Positions 16,539 to 19,124 of a stretch of DNA of 19,124 bases are shown here, piece by piece; position 1 is the stretch's first letter; the number at the start of each line of letters is the position of its first letter. The DNA comes from Promethearchaeota archaeon. GTDB taxonomy: Archaea > Asgardarchaeota > Lokiarchaeia > Sigyniarchaeales > SOKP01. A program made the translations under genes and the position numbers. The stretch lies in assembly GCA_048941015.1 (NCBI GenBank), contig JBHLNZ010000059.1, forward strand, positions 1 through 19,124, given 5' to 3'. The notes under the pieces were generated by a model. That model was given only the letters and a program-made list of their open reading frames with translations. It did not search any database and was not told the origin of the DNA.

Positions 16539-16547
16539 GAATATATA

Positions 16548-17951
16548 ATGAATAAATTTTTATTTGTTCTAGGGTCGAATTGGCAACTATCTATAGCGGA
16601 ATTGGATCATCTTTTAAAGAATTCACGCTTTAAGGGAAAAATTGTCGATTATTCTGCGAATATTGCTATAGTCGAATTTGAAAATCTCCTTGAAAATAGA
16701 TATTATATTAATGATTTAATGGAGATTCAGTATATATTAGGTGGTTGTCAAAAGATTGCGAGAATATACAATTTTATTGATATAGGTACTATAAATGAAG
16801 CATTTCCTCTAAAAATCGAGAAATTTAAGACACTTGGAGATAAAAGAAGTAAAATATTAAGCATTTTAGAAAAGTGCCTTATTGAAATTTTCCCTAAAAT
16901 AAAAAAAGAAAGCATTTTTTATGCGGTTTCTATATATCCGAATTTCTATGACGAAGATTATTATTCTAAAGTTTTAATTAAACATTTCTTACCCTTTCTA
17001 AATAAAAAAATTATGCAGATACTAAAAGAAAATGGAGCTGAAAAATCACTTTATTATAAATATCCTAAAGAAAATATTCAGGCAGGAAACTTAAATCCAA
17101 TTTTTCCACATCACGTTATTACGTATGGATTATTAAATAAAGACAGAGCTGAAATTATTTTTGGTTTTACAGAGGAAGGTGTATATATTGGAAGGACTTT
17201 TACAACTGATGATCCTAATTTTAAGAAGAAAATTGATGAAGAAAGACCTTTTAAGGATTTTAAAAGTAGTATATCCCCTAAATTAACTCTTATGATGTTA
17301 AATTTTTTGAACTTATTTGAAAATCGAAATAAAAAGAAAATTCTTGATCCTTTTGTTGGAAATGGAACAATCCTTTTATTTGCTCTAATTGAAGATTTTC
17401 AAATTTTTGGTTCAGACAATGATGATGAAAAAGTCAAAAATACAATCAGAAACCTTAATTGGTTGTACAATGAATTAGAAGAATCTGTACCATTATTAAT
17501 TGAAAATCAGATTAAAACAATAGATATTAAAAACTTAGGTATGGTATTCAAATCTGAATTTTTTGATGGTATCTGTTCAGAACCTGAGTTAGGGCCTTAT
17601 TATAAAGAAAGACCATATTATCTAGAAGCTAAAGAACTTATAGAAAAGAATTTGGAGCCATTATACAAAGATCTTTTTAATCAAGCAAATAAACTATTAA
17701 AATCAAAGTATCGAATATGTATTGTCGCACCTATTATTGAAACTATTGATGGTGGAGATATTCAGCTTAATATTGAAAATTTGGCTAATAAGTTCAATTT
17801 TAAGTTAATTCCAATATTGAATACAGAAAGAATAGTAAATAAATCAAACATTAGACTCCAATTTACTGAAAAACATGTTAAATCATTAATAGATGCTAAA
17901 AAAGATCAAATTATTAAAAGGAAAATCTATATTTTTGAAAAAGTGAATTAA
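16548..17951 (+). CDS. Trm11/TrmG10-related (COG1041-like) SAM-dependent RNA methyltransferase
   Basis: [15 protein letters not shown]-terminus, [34 protein letters not shown] (SAM motif I), GSD, and [11 protein letters not shown] at the DPPY position. Confidence 0.78.
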   Translation: MNKFLFVLGSNWQLSIAELDHLLKNSRFKGKIVDYSANIAIVEFENLLENRYYINDLMEIQYILGGCQKIARIYNFIDIGTINEAFPLKIEKFKTLGDKRSKILSILEKCLIEIFPKIKKESIFYAVSIYPNFYDEDYYSKVLIKHFLPFLNKKIMQILKENGAEKSLYYKYPKENIQAGNLNPIFPHHVITYGLLNKDRAEIIFGFTEEGVYIGRTFTTDDPNFKKKIDEERPFKDFKSSISPKLTLMMLNFLNLFENRNKKKILDPFVGNGTILLFALIEDFQIFGSDNDDEKVKNTIRNLNWLYNELEESVPLLIENQIKTIDIKNLGMVFKSEFFDGICSEPELGPYYKERPYYLEAKELIEKNLEPLYKDLFNQANKLLKSKYRICIVAPIIETIDGGDIQLNIENLANKFNFKLIPILNTERIVNKSNIRLQFTEKHVKSLIDAKKDQIIKRKIYIFEKVN

Positions 17952-17952
17952 A

Positions 17953-18624
17953 ATGGACTTTAAAATGATTTTAGATATAATCGAATATCACCTACAAGGC
18001 GAAGCACACTTAGACGAACTTGCTAGAAATAAACAAGATCCTTTTAAGATTTTAATCTCAACAATTTTATCAGCAAGAACTCGAGATACAAATACCCGAG
18101 AAGCAACAAAAAAATTATTTTCAAAATATAAAACACCTCAAGAAATAGCAAATGCCGATACTGAAAGCTTAGAAAAATTAATTTATAAAGCTGGTTTCTA
18201 TAAAGTGAAGGCAAATCGTATAAAAGAAGTGGCAAGAATTTTATTAGATAAATTTGACAGTAAGGTGCCTGATAATTTTGAAAAACTCAGTTCCTTACCT
18301 GGAGTAGGAGCAAAAACAGCAAATTGTGTATTAGTATATGCTTTCAAGATACCAGCAATTCCAGTCGACACTCATGTTCATAGGATTAGTAATAGATTGG
18401 GTTGGGTTAAAACAATTAAGCCTGAACAAACAGAAAATGAGTTAAAAAAGATAATACCAAAAAATCAGTGGCTTCGCATTAACCGCTTATTTGTTAGATT
18501 TGGACAAGAAATATGTATTCCAAATAAACCTAAATGTTTTGAATGCCCTATTAATAGCGATTGCCCCAAAGATTTCTCTATGGAGCAAGAATTAAAAAAG
18601 AGAAGAACTAAAAGAAAATCTTAA
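17953..18624 (+). CDS. nth: Endonuclease III (HhH-GPD DNA glycosylase/AP lyase, 4Fe-4S)
   Basis: [33 protein letters not shown] (HhH with catalytic Lys), [15 protein letters not shown]-x6-C-x2-C-x5-C. Starts 1 nt after the upstream stop, so probably co-transcribed. Confidence 0.96.
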   Translation: MDFKMILDIIEYHLQGEAHLDELARNKQDPFKILISTILSARTRDTNTREATKKLFSKYKTPQEIANADTESLEKLIYKAGFYKVKANRIKEVARILLDKFDSKVPDNFEKLSSLPGVGAKTANCVLVYAFKIPAIPVDTHVHRISNRLGWVKTIKPEQTENELKKIIPKNQWLRINRLFVRFGQEICIPNKPKCFECPINSDCPKDFSMEQELKKRRTKRKS

Positions 18625-18641
18625 GAAAGAGAAATTCTTCA

Positions 18642-19124
18642 TCATCTTTTTTTATAAAACAAATATCCAAATAGAATCCCACCAATTAATCCAAAGAAAT
18701 GAGCATAGATATTAATCCCTGGAGAAAAAGAAGATAATAAAAAGAGAATGACATAAAACGTTCCCAAAAATAAGAGAGATTTATCTTCCTGCATTGCAAC
18801 CATAAGAAATGAAGTACCAATTAAACCGAATATCGCGCCGGATGCACCTAAACTGATTATATTACCAGGTAAAAAAAGTAATGAAAATAGATTACCAATC
18901 AATCCTGAACAGAAAAAAATTATTAGATATTTATACTTTGGTAAACTAGATTCAACAAAAGTTCCAAATAGAAGCAATCCAAACATATTTGAAAAAAGAT
19001 GTAATGGATTCCCATGAACAAATATTGCAGTTAGTAATCTCCAATATTCAAAATTATTAAGAATTCTATCATTAATTTGAACGAATAAGTAAAATATCTC
19101 AAAATTAAAATAGATTACAAAAAA
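18642..19124 (-). CDS. Rhomboid-family intramembrane serine protease (5' end outside the window)
   Basis: The frame is open from 19124: FFVIYFNFEIFYLFVQINDRILNNFEYWRLLTAIFVHGNPLHLFSN then MFGLL... It shows the WR motif, HxxxN, catalytic GASG and AHFFG. The ORF track's Met at 18986 is internal. Confidence 0.93.
   Translation of the reverse strand, partial: FFVIYFNFEIFYLFVQINDRILNNFEYWRLLTAIFVHGNPLHLFSNMFGLLLFGTFVESSLPKYKYLIIFFCSGLIGNLFSLLFLPGNIISLGASGAIFGLIGTSFLMVAMQEDKSLLFLGTFYVILFLLSSFSPGINIYAHFFGLIGGILFGYLFYKKR

Noticed and set aside
16548-17951. Restriction-modification DNA methyltransferase or defence system with nth
   Set aside because: The N-terminus and motif order match Trm11-like RNA methyltransferases; there is no restriction nuclease or specificity subunit, and nth is a repair enzyme.
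450-18235. Short alternative-frame and antisense ORFs in the track (450-656, 2211-2393, 4938-5138, 5754-6023, 5962-6180, 8189-8419, 9108-10312 series, 12429-12611, 13245-13451, 15021-15203, 15550-15867, 16045-16320, 18044-18235)
   Set aside because: They overlap well-supported genes or AT-rich promoter DNA, have no recognisable motifs and look like shadow ORFs.
1-19124. CRISPR array, tRNA/rRNA, IS elements, integrase or prophage
   Set aside because: No regularly spaced repeats, no GC-rich cloverleaf or rRNA-like segment in the short intergenic gaps, and no transposase or integrase ORF.

Overview
AT-rich, gene-dense archaeal chromosomal window with 15 supportable CDSs; the last (a rhomboid protease) runs off the right edge. 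The gene content points to an Asgard archaeon, most likely Lokiarchaeia (inference): Taw2 and Trm11-like tRNA enzymes, a GGTGA ribosome-binding site, oligo-T terminators, a membrane-anchored longin-like protein, and Zn-ribbon and 7TM hypotheticals. The left part is catabolic and lipid-related: Zn-dependent dehydrogenase, non-HemL class-III aminotransferase, FGGY kinase, LURP1/scramblase-like protein and acyl-CoA ligase. The middle has a Spinster-like MFS transporter divergent from an HGSNAT-like membrane acetyltransferase. The right end is housekeeping (Trm11-like methyltransferase, nth, rhomboid). Three proteins stand out: (i) a soluble protein that appears to fuse an IFT52-like GIFT domain, a ribbon-helix-helix and a C-terminal HeH/LEM(SAP)-like module (15137-16375); (ii) a receptor-like type-I membrane protein with a sequon-rich ectodomain, a cytoplasmic longin-like domain and a winged helix (2857-4998); (iii) a stand-alone non-rhodopsin 7TM protein (11480-12250). 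I saw no rRNA, tRNA, CRISPR array or mobile element. All domain calls come from motif recognition by eye, not from database searches.
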